The notes under the pieces: model-generated
Databases searched by the model: none
Told to the model about the DNA's origin: nothing
Seen by the model: only the letters and a program-made list of their open reading frames with translations
Position numbers and translations under genes: made by a program
Shown here: piece by piece, positions 10,544 to 21,165 of the stretch
Position numbering within the stretch: the first letter of the stretch is position 1
How the letters are laid out: every line of letters begins with the position of its first letter
Origin: Deltaproteobacteria bacterium
GTDB taxonomy: Bacteria; Myxococcota; Kuafuiibacteriia; Kuafuiibacteriales; Kuafuiibacteriaceae
NCBI GenBank assembly: GCA_040218735.1
Contig: JAVJQW010000023.1
Span: 288,001 to 352,000 of the forward strand
Reading direction: 5' to 3'
DNA: 64,000 nucleotides

Positions 10544-11275
10544 GTGAAGTATCTGCTGCTCGCCCTCGCGCTGCTCGCTTCGACGCCCGCGTACGCGTTC
10601 CACACCGACGAGACGTTCGAGGAGAACGCCGCGGCGGGCGGTGCGAGCGGGATCTATTACACCGGCTCGCCGCGCTCGCGCGCGTGGGACTGCACGGCGT
10701 GCCACCTCGACCCGCCGGGGGCGGTGTCGTTCACGCTGTCGGCGTCGCCGCGCACGTTGTTCACCGAGATGCGTTACACGCCGGGGGAGACCTACCAGAT
10801 CACGGTGGGGTTCCTGAACGAGTCGAAGGGGCTGGAGGCCTCGGCGAACTACAACTCGTTTGCGTTGGAGATCCTCGACCCGGAGACGATGCCGGTCGGT
10901 GGGTTCTTCGGGTTCGACGAGGCCATTGTCTCGACGATCGGCAACGGCGGTGTGTTGTTCGCTATCGGCCAGAAGAACCTGAACCTCATCGAGTGGCGGT
11001 TCTCATGGCAGGCGCCGATGGACGGGCCGGACTACCTCGACTTCTACCTCGCGGGCGTCGACGGTGACGGCGCGAGCGACGCGATGGTCGCGTCGTCCAA
11101 CCCGGGCAACGACGACGTCGTGACGGGCGCGCTCCGCATCGCACGGGACGGCGCGACGCCCCCGCCGCCGATCCCACGCACCGGCGTGTCCGGGAGCGGC
11201 TGCACGACGGTCGCCAACGACGCGTCGCTGTTGTGGCTCCTGCTCCTGCTCCCCCTCGTGCGAAGGATCCGATGA
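10544..11275 (+). CDS. secreted CxxCH / Reeler-like domain protein with MYXO-CTERM-like tail
   Basis: Signal peptide; TGSPRSRAWDCTACH; WRFSWQAP; FYLAGVDGDG; C-terminal GSGC + hydrophobic stretch + RRIR. Confidence 0.75.
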   Translation: MKYLLLALALLASTPAYAFHTDETFEENAAAGGASGIYYTGSPRSRAWDCTACHLDPPGAVSFTLSASPRTLFTEMRYTPGETYQITVGFLNESKGLEASANYNSFALEILDPETMPVGGFFGFDEAIVSTIGNGGVLFAIGQKNLNLIEWRFSWQAPMDGPDYLDFYLAGVDGDGASDAMVASSNPGNDDVVTGALRIARDGATPPPPIPRTGVSGSGCTTVANDASLLWLLLLLPLVRRIR

Positions 11276-12465
11276 CCAAACCCATTCACGTCGGCGTCGA
11301 TGCCACCACCTGGTGGAACGACCGCGGCTTCGGCCGCTTCACCCGCGAGCTCCTCATCGCGCTCCTCGAGCGGGAGGACTCCGGGTTCGAGTACACGCTG
11401 GTCGTCGACCGCAAACCCGACGGCGCGTTTCCGAAGAACGCGAAGGTGATGTCGGTCGACACCGCGAAGAACCTCGACGAGTCCGCGGTGGGTGACACGT
11501 CGCGGAGCCCGCTCTACCTGTTCAAGCTCGGCGCGGCGCTGCGCCGGCAGAAGTTCGATCTGTTCTTCTACCCCGCAGTCTACTCGTACTTCCCGATGCT
11601 CGCGCGGATGCCGTGTGTCGTCTGCTATCACGACACCACGGCCGAGCGGTTCCCGAAGCTGATCTTCCCGACGACGAAGAACTACCGGCTGTGGCAGGCG
11701 AAGACCTTCCTCGCGCGCGCGCAGACCACCCGCGCGATGACGGTGTCGCAGGCGTCGGCGGGCGACCTCGAGCAGATCCTCCACTTCTCGCGTAACAAGA
11801 TCGACGTGGTCACCGAGGCCGCGGACCCGGTGTTCCGCGTGACGGGCGACGCCGAGCACACCCGACGCGTCCGCGAACAACACGGCATCGGCGAGGACCG
11901 CCGCGTGCTCGTCTACGTGGGCGGCATGAACCCGCACAAGAACCTGCTCGGCCTCTTGAAGGCGATGCCGGACGTCGTGAAGAAGACACCCGACGTACAC
12001 CTCGCAATCGTCGGCAGCACTTCCGGCAAGGGGTTCTGGGACGACGTCCCCGGCCTGATGCGCTTCGTCGAAGACAACCCGCCGCTGTCGGAGCACGTCA
12101 CGTTCACCGGGTACATGAGCGACGAAGACCTCGTCGCGCTCTTCCAGACCGCGAGCGCGCTGGTGTTCCCGTCGCTGTGGGAGGGCTTCGGTCTCCCCGC
12201 GGTGGAGGCGATGGCGTGCGGCGTCCCGGTGCTCGCGAGCCGTCGCGGGAGCCTCCCCGAGGTCGTGGGGGACGCGGGCTTGTTCTTCGATCCCGAGTCG
12301 CCGTGGGCGATGTACACGACGATCACCAAGTTCCTCGAGAACGAAGAGATGCAAGAGGACTTGCGCAAGAAGGCGCGCGCGCGCGCCGAGACGTTCACCT
12401 GGTCACGCGCCGCAGAGCTCGCCGAGGTGTGCTTCAGGAAGTGCGTCCAAGATGGCCGACGCTGA
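11272..12465 (+). CDS. glycosyltransferase family 4
   Basis: GFGRF N-terminus; HKNL; FPSLWEGFGLPAVEAMACG. Confidence 0.92.
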   Translation: MTKPIHVGVDATTWWNDRGFGRFTRELLIALLEREDSGFEYTLVVDRKPDGAFPKNAKVMSVDTAKNLDESAVGDTSRSPLYLFKLGAALRRQKFDLFFYPAVYSYFPMLARMPCVVCYHDTTAERFPKLIFPTTKNYRLWQAKTFLARAQTTRAMTVSQASAGDLEQILHFSRNKIDVVTEAADPVFRVTGDAEHTRRVREQHGIGEDRRVLVYVGGMNPHKNLLGLLKAMPDVVKKTPDVHLAIVGSTSGKGFWDDVPGLMRFVEDNPPLSEHVTFTGYMSDEDLVALFQTASALVFPSLWEGFGLPAVEAMACGVPVLASRRGSLPEVVGDAGLFFDPESPWAMYTTITKFLENEEMQEDLRKKARARAETFTWSRAAELAEVCFRKCVQDGRR

Positions 12466-13870
12466 CCAAGGCGCGAAGCGGCGGACGTTCTTCGACTTCA
12501 TCCTCCTCTCCGGCGGCGAGAGCCTGAGCAAGGTCGCCGGCTTCATCGCGTTCGGGTACCTCGGACGCACCCTCACCAAAGAAGGCTACGGGACGGTCGA
12601 GACCGCGGCGTCCTTCGTCGGGTTCTTCTCGATCATGGTCGACTTCGGCCTCGGCACGATCGGGGCGCGCGAAGCGGCGAAGGACCGGAAGGTCGTCCCT
12701 TCGTACGCGGCGTTGATCCCGGGCGCGCGGCTCCTGCTCGGCGTCCTCGCCGTGCCGGCGATGTTGTTGCTGTCGTACCTGATCGTCGAGCCGTCGGCGC
12801 GCCCGCTGGTCTGGCTGTTCGCGGCGAGCCTGCCGTTCCTGGTGCTCAACCAACGGTGGCTCTTCCAGGGCATCGAGCGCATGACCGTCGTCGCGGGCGC
12901 ACAGCTCCTGCGGATGGTCGCGTTCCTCGCCGCGGTGCTGCTCCTGGTCCGCAGCGCCGACGACCTGCTCGCGGTCGGCTACGCCGAGGTCGGCGCCGTG
13001 GCGATCATGGCGCTGTACTTCGTCGGCAACCAGCTCCGTTTCTCGATCCCGGTGCGTCTGGCGTGGCCGCGCGATCCACTGAAGGGATTGTTCTCGGAGG
13101 CGTGGTTCGTCGGGCTCGGCCAGATGGTCTGGGCGTTCAACCAGCACACCCCGGTGCTCCTCATCGCCGGGCTGGTGTCCGCGACGGAGGTCGGTGTCTA
13201 CGGCTCGGCGAATCGAATCTTCGTCTCGCTGTCGACGTTCTCGATGCTCTACCACTTCAACCTGTTCCCGACGATCTCGCGCCTGCTCGTCGAATCGAAG
13301 GAAGCGTTCGACCGCGCCATCGAGGCTTCGTTCCGCGTGACGTCGTGGGCGTCGGTCGCGGTCGCGGTCGCGTTGACGATCCTCGCGGAGGAGGCCTGCA
13401 CGATCGCGTTCGGCGCGGACTTCGCGAGCTCAGGTCCCGCGCTCGCGATCCTCGCGTGGAGCCTCCCGATCACCCTCGTCTCCGGGCACGCGCGGTGGGG
13501 TCTCGTCGCGTGTGGCCAGCAGCGGTACGGGCTCGTGGCGCAGGTCGGCGGCGCGGTCGTCACCGCGGGGCTCGGGTTCGCGATGGTCGCGGAGTACGGC
13601 GCGATCGGCGCGGCGATCACCAACGTCGTCGCGGCGTCGGTGGCGTGGGGGGTGTGCCAGTTCTACGCGGTGCGGCACCTCGGCCGCATGCCCTTCCTCG
13701 TAGCGTCGATCAAGCCGGCGGTCGCGGCGATCACGGCGCTCGGCGCCGCGCACTTCGTACCCAACCCGTGGGTCGCGACCGCGGCAGCGGCGGGTGTGTA
13801 CGTGGTGGTCGCGCTGGTGATCGAACGCGCACTGATCACCGACTTCTCGGATCTGTTGGCGCGGCGATAG
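12452..13870 (+). CDS. Wzx/MOP-family oligosaccharide flippase
   Basis: Many TM helices; DFGL, WLFQGIERM, EVGVYG, YGAIGAA. Confidence 0.88.
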   Translation: MADADQGAKRRTFFDFILLSGGESLSKVAGFIAFGYLGRTLTKEGYGTVETAASFVGFFSIMVDFGLGTIGAREAAKDRKVVPSYAALIPGARLLLGVLAVPAMLLLSYLIVEPSARPLVWLFAASLPFLVLNQRWLFQGIERMTVVAGAQLLRMVAFLAAVLLLVRSADDLLAVGYAEVGAVAIMALYFVGNQLRFSIPVRLAWPRDPLKGLFSEAWFVGLGQMVWAFNQHTPVLLIAGLVSATEVGVYGSANRIFVSLSTFSMLYHFNLFPTISRLLVESKEAFDRAIEASFRVTSWASVAVAVALTILAEEACTIAFGADFASSGPALAILAWSLPITLVSGHARWGLVACGQQRYGLVAQVGGAVVTAGLGFAMVAEYGAIGAAITNVVAASVAWGVCQFYAVRHLGRMPFLVASIKPAVAAITALGAAHFVPNPWVATAAAAGVYVVVALVIERALITDFSDLLARR

Positions 13871-13897
13871 CCACGAACGGCCGTACCCGGAGCGGGT

Positions 13898-14725
13898 ATG
13901 ATGCCGTCGTTGGCGACGCTCCCTCAGCTCCTCGACGGCCGCAGCGTCGCCGTCCTCACCGGCGCGGGCGTGAGCACCGACTCCGGCATCCCCGACTACC
14001 GGGGCCCCGCGACGCGCGACCGCGTGCGGCAGCCGATGCAGCACAAGACCTTCGTCACGAACGCCGACGCGCGAAGGCGGTACTGGGCCCGTAGCGTCGT
14101 GGGCTGGCCGCGCATCCGTGACGCCGGCCCGAACGGCGGACACGAAGCGCTCGCGCACCTCGAACGCGCAGGGCTCGTCCACGGCGTCATCACCCAGAAC
14201 GTCGACGGATTGCACCAGCGCGCCGGGAGCCGGCGGGTCATCGAGCTGCACGGCGCGCTCGCCGATGTCGTCTGCCTCGCGTGCGGGACGCGCGAGCACC
14301 GGGAGGGCCTGCAAGCTCGCTTGCTCGCGATGAACCCGGGGGCGGACCGCGCCGCGGAGGTCCACGCGCCCGACGGCGACGCCGATGTCGACGATCTCGC
14401 CGGCTTCGAGGTCCCCACTTGTCAGCTCTGCGACGGCGTCCTCAAACCCGACGTGGTGTTCTTCGGCGGGAGCGTGCCCCGCCCGCGGGTGGAAGCAGCG
14501 TACGCGCTCGTCGACGCAGCCGATGCGCTCCTCGTCGTCGGGAGCTCCCTCGCGGTGTTCTCCGGGCTGCGCTTCGTCCGGCGCGCCCACGCCGCCGACA
14601 AGCCGATCGTCATCGTGAACCTCGGCCCGACCCGGGGCGACCCGATGGCGACCACCAAGCTCGAAGCCCCCGCCACGCCGACGTTGCGAGGCTGGGCAGC
14701 TGTCCTACCCACGACGGCCGTCTGA
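13898..14725 (+). CDS. cobB: NAD-dependent protein deacylase, sirtuin (class II-like)
   Basis: GAGVSTDSGIPDYRG, RRYWARS, TQNVDGLH, ELHG, two CxxC, LKPDVVFFG, GSSL. Confidence 0.92.
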   Translation: MMPSLATLPQLLDGRSVAVLTGAGVSTDSGIPDYRGPATRDRVRQPMQHKTFVTNADARRRYWARSVVGWPRIRDAGPNGGHEALAHLERAGLVHGVITQNVDGLHQRAGSRRVIELHGALADVVCLACGTREHREGLQARLLAMNPGADRAAEVHAPDGDADVDDLAGFEVPTCQLCDGVLKPDVVFFGGSVPRPRVEAAYALVDAADALLVVGSSLAVFSGLRFVRRAHAADKPIVIVNLGPTRGDPMATTKLEAPATPTLRGWAAVLPTTAV

Positions 14726-14752
14726 TCGCGCCCACGCCGGAGTCGATGCAGT

Positions 14753-17257
14753 ATGGGGGTCATGCCTCGGAACTGGTCCCTGCTCGCGATCCTCGTCCTG
14801 GCGGGGTGTGACTGCGGCGAGGGCACGACCGACCCCACGCCGGACGGCGGGCCCGACGTCTGCGGGGCGCTCGTCGCGTGCGGCGACACGTGCTGCGAGG
14901 CCGGCGAGATCTGCAGCGCCAACACCACGTGCATCGAGGAGGCGTCCTGCACCACCGTCGTCTGCGACGGCCAGTGCTGCGACAGCGGCGAGCAATGTGA
15001 CAGCGGCGCGTGCACGATGGTGAGCTGCCCGACCGTGGTCTGTGGTCCGTCGAGCGCGTGCTGCGCCGCTGGGGAGAGCTGCATCGCCGACGTGTGCTGC
15101 GCCGCCGACAGCGTGTGCGGGTCCGCGTGCTGCGGCTCCGACGAGCTGTGCGACCAGGGCGTGTGCAAGATGGATTGCGGCAACGGGGAGGTCGGGTGCG
15201 GCGCAATGAACGAGTGCTGCGCCGCCGGTGACATCTGCTACCTCGGCGCGTGTGTGACGCCCGGCGATCCGTGCGCCGCCGCCGGCTGCGCGACGCGCCC
15301 CGACGAGGCAGCGTGCCCGCCCGGGCAGGTGTGTGATCCAGGGCTCGGCTTCTGCGTACCGCGGCAGATCGATGAAACCTGTCAGTTCATCCCGCAGGTC
15401 GGTCAGTTCGATCCGCAGCCGCTGTTCACCTGGGGCCAGCGCCGCGAGCGGACGTGCACCACGGCGACGGAGTGCCAGACCGCGGAGACATGCACGCAGG
15501 GCATGTGCACGCCGACGTGGCCGCACGTCACGCCGCAGGAGCTCCCCGAGTGGTACCAGTCCACGTCGATCCCGATGGTCACCGACCTCGACGGCGACTG
15601 CGTGCCGGAGATCGTCTTCAACACGTTCCGCGACAGCGCCTTCACCACGAACGGCGTCCTGCGGGCGATCCGCGGCGACGACGGCTCGCCGGTGTGGACG
15701 GTGACCGACGAGGCCTACCGCACCGACGCCACCGCGAACCTCGCGATCGGCGACGCCAACGGGGACGGGACGGTCGAGATCTACGTCGCCGCCGCGAACA
15801 AACGCATCCTCGCGATCAACGCGGACGGCTCACCCCGCTGGACCTCCGACCCGTTCACCGGCGCCGACGACAGCGGCTCCGTCACCATCGCGAACCTCGA
15901 CGGCCTCGGGGACGCGGAGCTCGTCTTCGGCTCCGCAGTCTACGACGCGCAAGGTAGCTTGCTCTTCGAGGGGGCCGCCGGCCGCGGCATCGCGGGGCAG
16001 GGGCCCATCGCCTGCATCGCGGACCTCGATGGCGACGACCGCGCGGAGCTGATCGCCGGCCAGACGATCTACGAGTTCACCGGCACCGTCGCGGGTGGCG
16101 ACTTCGCGGGCGCCGTTCGAATGACCTCCACCGCGCCCGACGGTTACTGCGGCATCGCCGACCTCGACGGGGACATGGCCCCGGAGATCGTCCTGGTCGC
16201 CGGCGGCACGGTGTACGTGCTCGCGGGGCAGACGGCCGCGGTGCGTGCGCAGCTCGCGATCCCCGGCGGTGGCCAAGGCGGCGCGCCGAACATCGCCGAC
16301 TTCGACGGCGACGGGACGCCGGACATCGGTACCGCGGGCGCGAGCAACTACGTGGTCATGCGCTTCGCCAACGACGCGCTGACGTTGCTGTGGCAAGCGC
16401 CGACGGAGGACGACTCGTCCTCGCGCACGGGGTCTTCGGTGTTCGACTTCGACGGCGACGGCCGGAACGAGGTCGTCTACAACGACGAGGAGTACGTGCG
16501 CATCTACCCGGGTGTGGAGCCCGACTGCCTGCTGACGCCCCCCGGCGCGGGGTGCGACGGCGTGATGAACGACGACGAGATCCTCTTCCGCGATCTGTCC
16601 TCGTCACGCACGCGCACCGAGTACCCGGTCATCGCGGACATCGACGGCGACTTCAAAGCGGAGATCGTCTTCTCCACGAGCAATGAGGCGGGGTTCCTCG
16701 ACCCGATGCTCGTCGCCGACGCGGGCATCGAAGTCTGGCGCGACGCGCTCGACAACTGGGTCGCGACGCGCCCGGTGTGGAACCAACACGCGTACCACAT
16801 CACCAACGTCGGCCTGCTCGGCGAGGTCCCCGTCGTCGAGATGCCGAGCTGGCGGACCTTCAACAGCTACCGCCGCAACGCGCAGGGCGAGCGCGACACG
16901 TTCTGTGCGCCGAACCTCCGCATCGTGGAGCCGAAGGTCGATCCGCTCCAGTGCCCGGACCTCGTCTTCACCGCGTTCGTCGTGAACGAAGGTTGCCTCG
17001 GCGTCGGGCCGGGGGTGTCCGTCGCGCTCTACGACGACGAGGGCAACTTCCTCGGCAACACGACCACCACGACGGCGATCGCCCCCGGCGCCGCCGCGGC
17101 GGTGGAGATCCGTTTGGAGAACCTCGGCGTGTCGTTCTCGTTCGAGGTGAACGCGGTGGTCGATGACGACGGCATGGGCAACGGCGCGAACAACGAGTGC
17201 GAGGAGGACGACAACACCTCCGACACCGTGGTCGCGGAGTGTGAGACGGGCGTCTGA
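14753..17257 (+). CDS. Cys-rich lipoprotein with FG-GAP/VCBS repeats and C-terminal CARDB-like domain
   Basis: Lipobox LAGC; CC-rich N-terminus; repeated DLDGDG motifs; DSSSRTGSSVFDFDGDG; WNQHAY; NECEEDDN. Confidence 0.85.
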   Translation: MGVMPRNWSLLAILVLAGCDCGEGTTDPTPDGGPDVCGALVACGDTCCEAGEICSANTTCIEEASCTTVVCDGQCCDSGEQCDSGACTMVSCPTVVCGPSSACCAAGESCIADVCCAADSVCGSACCGSDELCDQGVCKMDCGNGEVGCGAMNECCAAGDICYLGACVTPGDPCAAAGCATRPDEAACPPGQVCDPGLGFCVPRQIDETCQFIPQVGQFDPQPLFTWGQRRERTCTTATECQTAETCTQGMCTPTWPHVTPQELPEWYQSTSIPMVTDLDGDCVPEIVFNTFRDSAFTTNGVLRAIRGDDGSPVWTVTDEAYRTDATANLAIGDANGDGTVEIYVAAANKRILAINADGSPRWTSDPFTGADDSGSVTIANLDGLGDAELVFGSAVYDAQGSLLFEGAAGRGIAGQGPIACIADLDGDDRAELIAGQTIYEFTGTVAGGDFAGAVRMTSTAPDGYCGIADLDGDMAPEIVLVAGGTVYVLAGQTAAVRAQLAIPGGGQGGAPNIADFDGDGTPDIGTAGASNYVVMRFANDALTLLWQAPTEDDSSSRTGSSVFDFDGDGRNEVVYNDEEYVRIYPGVEPDCLLTPPGAGCDGVMNDDEILFRDLSSSRTRTEYPVIADIDGDFKAEIVFSTSNEAGFLDPMLVADAGIEVWRDALDNWVATRPVWNQHAYHITNVGLLGEVPVVEMPSWRTFNSYRRNAQGERDTFCAPNLRIVEPKVDPLQCPDLVFTAFVVNEGCLGVGPGVSVALYDDEGNFLGNTTTTTAIAPGAAAAVEIRLENLGVSFSFEVNAVVDDDGMGNGANNECEEDDNTSDTVVAECETGV

Positions 17258-17299
17258 CGTGGCGCGGCGCTTCGATCGCTGCTAACTCCCGTCCCGACG

Positions 17300-18217
17300 G
17301 TGCGCGACGCGAGGACCAGCATCGAGCGAGCCCTCTTCTTCGGGCTACCCGCGTTCGTCCTCGTCGCGAGCTACGTCGCCGTCGCGATCGACACCGGACA
17401 CGCCTGGGCCTGGATGCAGATCGCCCACGAGTCCGGCGACAAGACCCTCCTCGACACCCTGCTGTACTTCGACCACGCCGCGCGCGAGCTGCCCGGCGAC
17501 CTCGTGCTCGGCGTCGCGGTGGCCGGCGCGATGATCGCCCAGGGTCGTCGATCGAACCGCGCCGACACGCCGATGCTCGGCGCGTGGGTCGCGGTCGTGC
17601 TCGTCATCTTCGTGGGCTCCGCGTCGAAGGTCGGCGTCGACGGTCTGGTCGCCAACCTCACGCAGATGTACACCCGCCCCGGCGCACCGCCGGACTGGGG
17701 CGCGCACTGGCGCTATCACTTCCTGTCGCGGCTGGGGCTCATACTCATGTGCTGGTGGGCGGTGGCGCTGCACCGGTGGTGGTTCCGGGAGGCGGCCGAC
17801 CGTCCGTCGCGTCGTCCGTACGTCATCGCGCTCGTGGCGTTCGGTGGTTTGTCGCTGGTGTTCATCCCGACGCTGGAGCCGTTCTTCGAGCCGCGCTTCC
17901 TCGGGCACCAGGCGCGCGAGGCCATGACCCACGCGATCGTCACCGTGCCGCTCGCGCTCGGCCTCTGCTACGCGCAGTCCGAACGCGGTGGGACCGAAGC
18001 GCGATCGAAGCTCGGGCCGATCGCGATCGTGATGGCGCTGTCGGCGGCGTGTGTCGTTTACGTCGGGCTCGGCGCGGTGCTCATGGACGCGAGCGGCGAC
18101 GCGCAGAGCAAGAACCCGGTGCGCCTCGTCGCGACGCACTTCTACGAGCACGGGTTCACGTACCTCGTCACGCCGTTCTTCGCCGCGTGGCTGCATCGGT
18201 TGTGGTCGAAGTCGTGA
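17300..18217 (+). CDS. hypothetical multi-pass membrane protein
   Basis: Several TM segments carrying His residues; stop overlaps next start (GTGA). Confidence 0.7.
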   Translation: MRDARTSIERALFFGLPAFVLVASYVAVAIDTGHAWAWMQIAHESGDKTLLDTLLYFDHAARELPGDLVLGVAVAGAMIAQGRRSNRADTPMLGAWVAVVLVIFVGSASKVGVDGLVANLTQMYTRPGAPPDWGAHWRYHFLSRLGLILMCWWAVALHRWWFREAADRPSRRPYVIALVAFGGLSLVFIPTLEPFFEPRFLGHQAREAMTHAIVTVPLALGLCYAQSERGGTEARSKLGPIAIVMALSAACVVYVGLGAVLMDASGDAQSKNPVRLVATHFYEHGFTYLVTPFFAAWLHRLWSKS

Positions 18218-19440
18218 GCCTGCGCTTCGTCATGGTCACGACGTTCTACCCGCCCTACAACTTCGGCGGGGACGGCGTGTACGTGCGGCGCCTCGCGCAC
18301 GCGCTCGTCCGGCGCGGTCACACCGTCGACATCATCCACGACGCCGACAGCTACGACGTCCTCAGCGGCGGGCGCGACGTCACGCCGATCGAGGAGCCGC
18401 CGGGGCTGACCGTCCACACGCTGAAGAGCCCGCTCAAGACGGCGTCCCTCCTCGCGACGCAGCAAACGGGGCACCCCGTCGTGAACGGCCGCAAGATCCG
18501 AGCGCTCCTCGACCGCGGTCGCTACGACGTCATCCACTTCCACAACATCTCGCTCGTCGGCGGCCCCGGCGTGCTCGCGTACGGCGACGCGATCAAGGTC
18601 TACACCGCGCACGAGCACTGGCTCGTCTGTCCGTCGCACATCCTGTGGCGCCACGACCGCGAGGTATGCACCGGCCGCGAATGTCTGCGCTGTGTGTTGA
18701 ACCACGGGCGCCCCCCTCAGGCGTGGCGACGTACTTCACTCCTCGCCGACAAGGCGAAACACGTCGACACCTTCTTCGCGCTCAGCCAGTTCTCCGCCGA
18801 GAAACACCGTGAGTTCGGATTCACCGAGCCGATGACGGTGGTCCCGTCGTTCCTCCCCGACCGGGACGAAGCGCCCAAGGTCGAGCCGCAGCCGACGCCG
18901 TACTTCCTGTTCGTCGGGCGCCTCGAGAAGATCAAAGGCCTGCAGGACGTCATCCCGATGTTCGGCGCCGACGCCCCCGCCGAGCTGTGGATCGCCGGCA
19001 GTGGCGACTACGAAGCCGAGCTTCGCGCGCTCGCGGAGGGCAAGCCGAAGGTGAAGTTCCTCGGCAAGCGACCGCCCGAAACCCTCCCGGCGCTGTACGC
19101 CAACGCGATCGCGCTCGTGACCCCCTCCGTCTGTTACGAGGTGTTCCCGCTCGTGGTGTTGGAGGCGTTCCGCGAAGGCACCCCGATCGTCGCGCGCCGC
19201 CTCGGGCCCTACCCGGAGATCGTAGACGAGACCAACGGCGGCCTCCTCTTCGGCGACCCGACCGAGCTCCGCCACGCGCTGCGCCGCATCCCGACGCTCC
19301 GCGACGAGCTCGGCGCCAACGCCAAACGCGCGTTCGATTCGCAGTGGAGCGAGGACGTGTCGCTGTCGGTATACTTCGACGAGATCCGAAAGATCGCCGA
19401 GCGCCGAAACGACCGCCGGGTCCTCGACGCGCTCGCCTGA
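18214..19440 (+). CDS. glycosyltransferase family 4
   Basis: FYPPYNFGG, FVGRLEKIKG, PSVCYEVFPLVVLEAF. Confidence 0.9.
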   Translation: MSLRFVMVTTFYPPYNFGGDGVYVRRLAHALVRRGHTVDIIHDADSYDVLSGGRDVTPIEEPPGLTVHTLKSPLKTASLLATQQTGHPVVNGRKIRALLDRGRYDVIHFHNISLVGGPGVLAYGDAIKVYTAHEHWLVCPSHILWRHDREVCTGRECLRCVLNHGRPPQAWRRTSLLADKAKHVDTFFALSQFSAEKHREFGFTEPMTVVPSFLPDRDEAPKVEPQPTPYFLFVGRLEKIKGLQDVIPMFGADAPAELWIAGSGDYEAELRALAEGKPKVKFLGKRPPETLPALYANAIALVTPSVCYEVFPLVVLEAFREGTPIVARRLGPYPEIVDETNGGLLFGDPTELRHALRRIPTLRDELGANAKRAFDSQWSEDVSLSVYFDEIRKIAERRNDRRVLDALA

Positions 19441-19447
19441 CGAAGCC

Positions 19448-20215
19448 ATGCGCGCCATCCTCACCTTCCACAGCGTCGACGACTCCGGGTCGGTGATCTC
19501 GTTTTCGCCGTCCACGTTCGCAGCGCTGATCGAAGCGGTCGGCCGACGCCACGCCATCGTGGATCTCGACGCGCTGCTCGACGGCGGCGACGGCGTCGCG
19601 ATCACCTTCGACGACGGGATGCGCTCGGTCTTCCAGCACGCCCTCCCCGTCCTCGAAACCCACGGCGTCCCCGCGCACCTCTTCCTCACCACCAACACCG
19701 TCGGCCGCCCGACGCCGTGGCCCGACCCGCCCGCCGACATCCCGGCGTTCCCGATGCTCGGGTGGCACGAAGTCGAAGCCCTCGCACGCGGCGGCATCCG
19801 CATCGAGAACCACACCACCTCGCACCCCGATCTGCGCGCGACCTCGGACGCCGACATCACCACCGAGCTCGACCACGCCGACGCCATCATCGAGGAGCGC
19901 CTCGGCCGACGACCGAAGTACTTCGCGTATCCGTTCGGCTACTACGACGGACGCACCCGCGACCTCGTGCGCCATCGCTACCGCGCGAGTGTCACCACCG
20001 AGCTGCGCACCCTCGCAACGGACGAGGACCCGACGGCGCTCCCGCGCCTCGACGCGTATTATCTGCAGGACCCACGCTGGTTCGAGACCCTCGGCGATCC
20101 CGCGACGCGCGCCTATCTCTCCGCGCGGAGCCTCCTGAGGACGATGCGCGGCTCCCACGTCGTGCCCCAGGCCGGCTACGCCGCGGCGGTGCGGCGCGCG
20201 ATCCTGCCGAGCTGA
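19448..20215 (+). CDS. polysaccharide deacetylase (CE4)
   Basis: ITFDDG, NHTTSH, FAYPFG. Confidence 0.9.
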   Translation: MRAILTFHSVDDSGSVISFSPSTFAALIEAVGRRHAIVDLDALLDGGDGVAITFDDGMRSVFQHALPVLETHGVPAHLFLTTNTVGRPTPWPDPPADIPAFPMLGWHEVEALARGGIRIENHTTSHPDLRATSDADITTELDHADAIIEERLGRRPKYFAYPFGYYDGRTRDLVRHRYRASVTTELRTLATDEDPTALPRLDAYYLQDPRWFETLGDPATRAYLSARSLLRTMRGSHVVPQAGYAAAVRRAILPS

Positions 20216-20271
20216 CGCGGACTTCGACTTCGTCTCACCAACCGGCCGCGCTCGGTTGTACGGTAGTGCAC

Positions 20272-21156
20272 ATGCGCCGCGTCAGCCCGCTCGCAGCCCT
20301 CGTCATCGCGGCCTGCTCGACCGGCACCTCGGACCTCGACGCCCGTGACGCCGGCGCGATCGAACGCGACGCCGGTCCGCGCGACGCTGGCTTCCGAGAC
20401 GGCGGCACCCTCGACAGCGGCACCCCCGACGCGGGCGCCAGAGACGGCGGCGAACGGGACGCGGGGAGCCGCGACGCCGGCTCGCGAGACGGTGGCACCT
20501 GCGCGCCGGGCACGCCGCGGTTCGAGATGGATCCGGCGAGCGTGCTCATCTTCCACGACGTCACCACGGACCTCGACGCTCTGATCACCAACGACGGCGA
20601 CGGCGAGCTGCACCTGATCTCGGCTCGCATCGAGCCTGGCCCCGACACACCGGCCGGTGAGTTCTCCATCCCCGGGTGTAACGGCAACCCGTGCCCGCTC
20701 GAAGTCGCGCTCTGCGCTGGCGACACGCTGACCCTCCCCGTGAACTTCACGAACACCGACGGCACCGAGACGGACTTCGCCGTCCTTCACCTCGGGACGA
20801 ACCTGCCCGGCGACCCCGTCCGAACGCTGGACCTTCAGGCCCTTCGCGCCAACTGCGCGCCGCCCCCCACGCCGATCTTCGAGGTCTCTACGCTGACGGC
20901 GACGGTCGGCGCGACGGTCGTGCTCGACGGCTCGATGTCACTCCCGGGCGGCCCGCCCGGCACGCAGGTCGTTCGCTGGGACTGGTCGTGGATCTTCACG
21001 CCGCAACCGACGCCGACCATCGTCGGCCAGGGGAACGTTCGGGCGTCGTTCGTCCCCCAAGCGTCGGGGTCGTACTTCATCCAGCTGCAGGTGCAGAACG
21101 CCTGCAACGCCTACTCGCTGGCCCCGTCCAACGCGGCGGTGAACGTCTCGCCCTGA
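20272..21156 (+). CDS. lipoprotein with RDAG low-complexity linker and Ig/PKD-like domains
   Basis: Lipobox IAAC; (R/L/P)D(A/G/S)G repeats; VVLDGSMS..WDWSW PKD-like segment. Confidence 0.72.
   Translation: MRRVSPLAALVIAACSTGTSDLDARDAGAIERDAGPRDAGFRDGGTLDSGTPDAGARDGGERDAGSRDAGSRDGGTCAPGTPRFEMDPASVLIFHDVTTDLDALITNDGDGELHLISARIEPGPDTPAGEFSIPGCNGNPCPLEVALCAGDTLTLPVNFTNTDGTETDFAVLHLGTNLPGDPVRTLDLQALRANCAPPPTPIFEVSTLTATVGATVVLDGSMSLPGGPPGTQVVRWDWSWIFTPQPTPTIVGQGNVRASFVPQASGSYFIQLQVQNACNAYSLAPSNAAVNVSP
20345..20497 (+). repeat. imperfect 15-nt tandem repeat encoding xRD(A/G)G pentapeptides
   Basis: RDAGAIERDAGPRDAGFRDGGTLDSGTPDAGARDGGERDAGSRDAGSRDGG; boundaries approximate. Confidence 0.6.
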
Positions 21157-21165
21157 CGGCGACGC

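Noticed and set aside
13898-14725. Sirtuin as an anti-phage SIR2 defence protein
   Set aside because: Canonical zinc-binding deacylase motifs and no defence-type partner genes.
20345-20497. Short repeats as a CRISPR array
   Set aside because: In-frame RDAG coding repeats without unique spacers; no cas genes.
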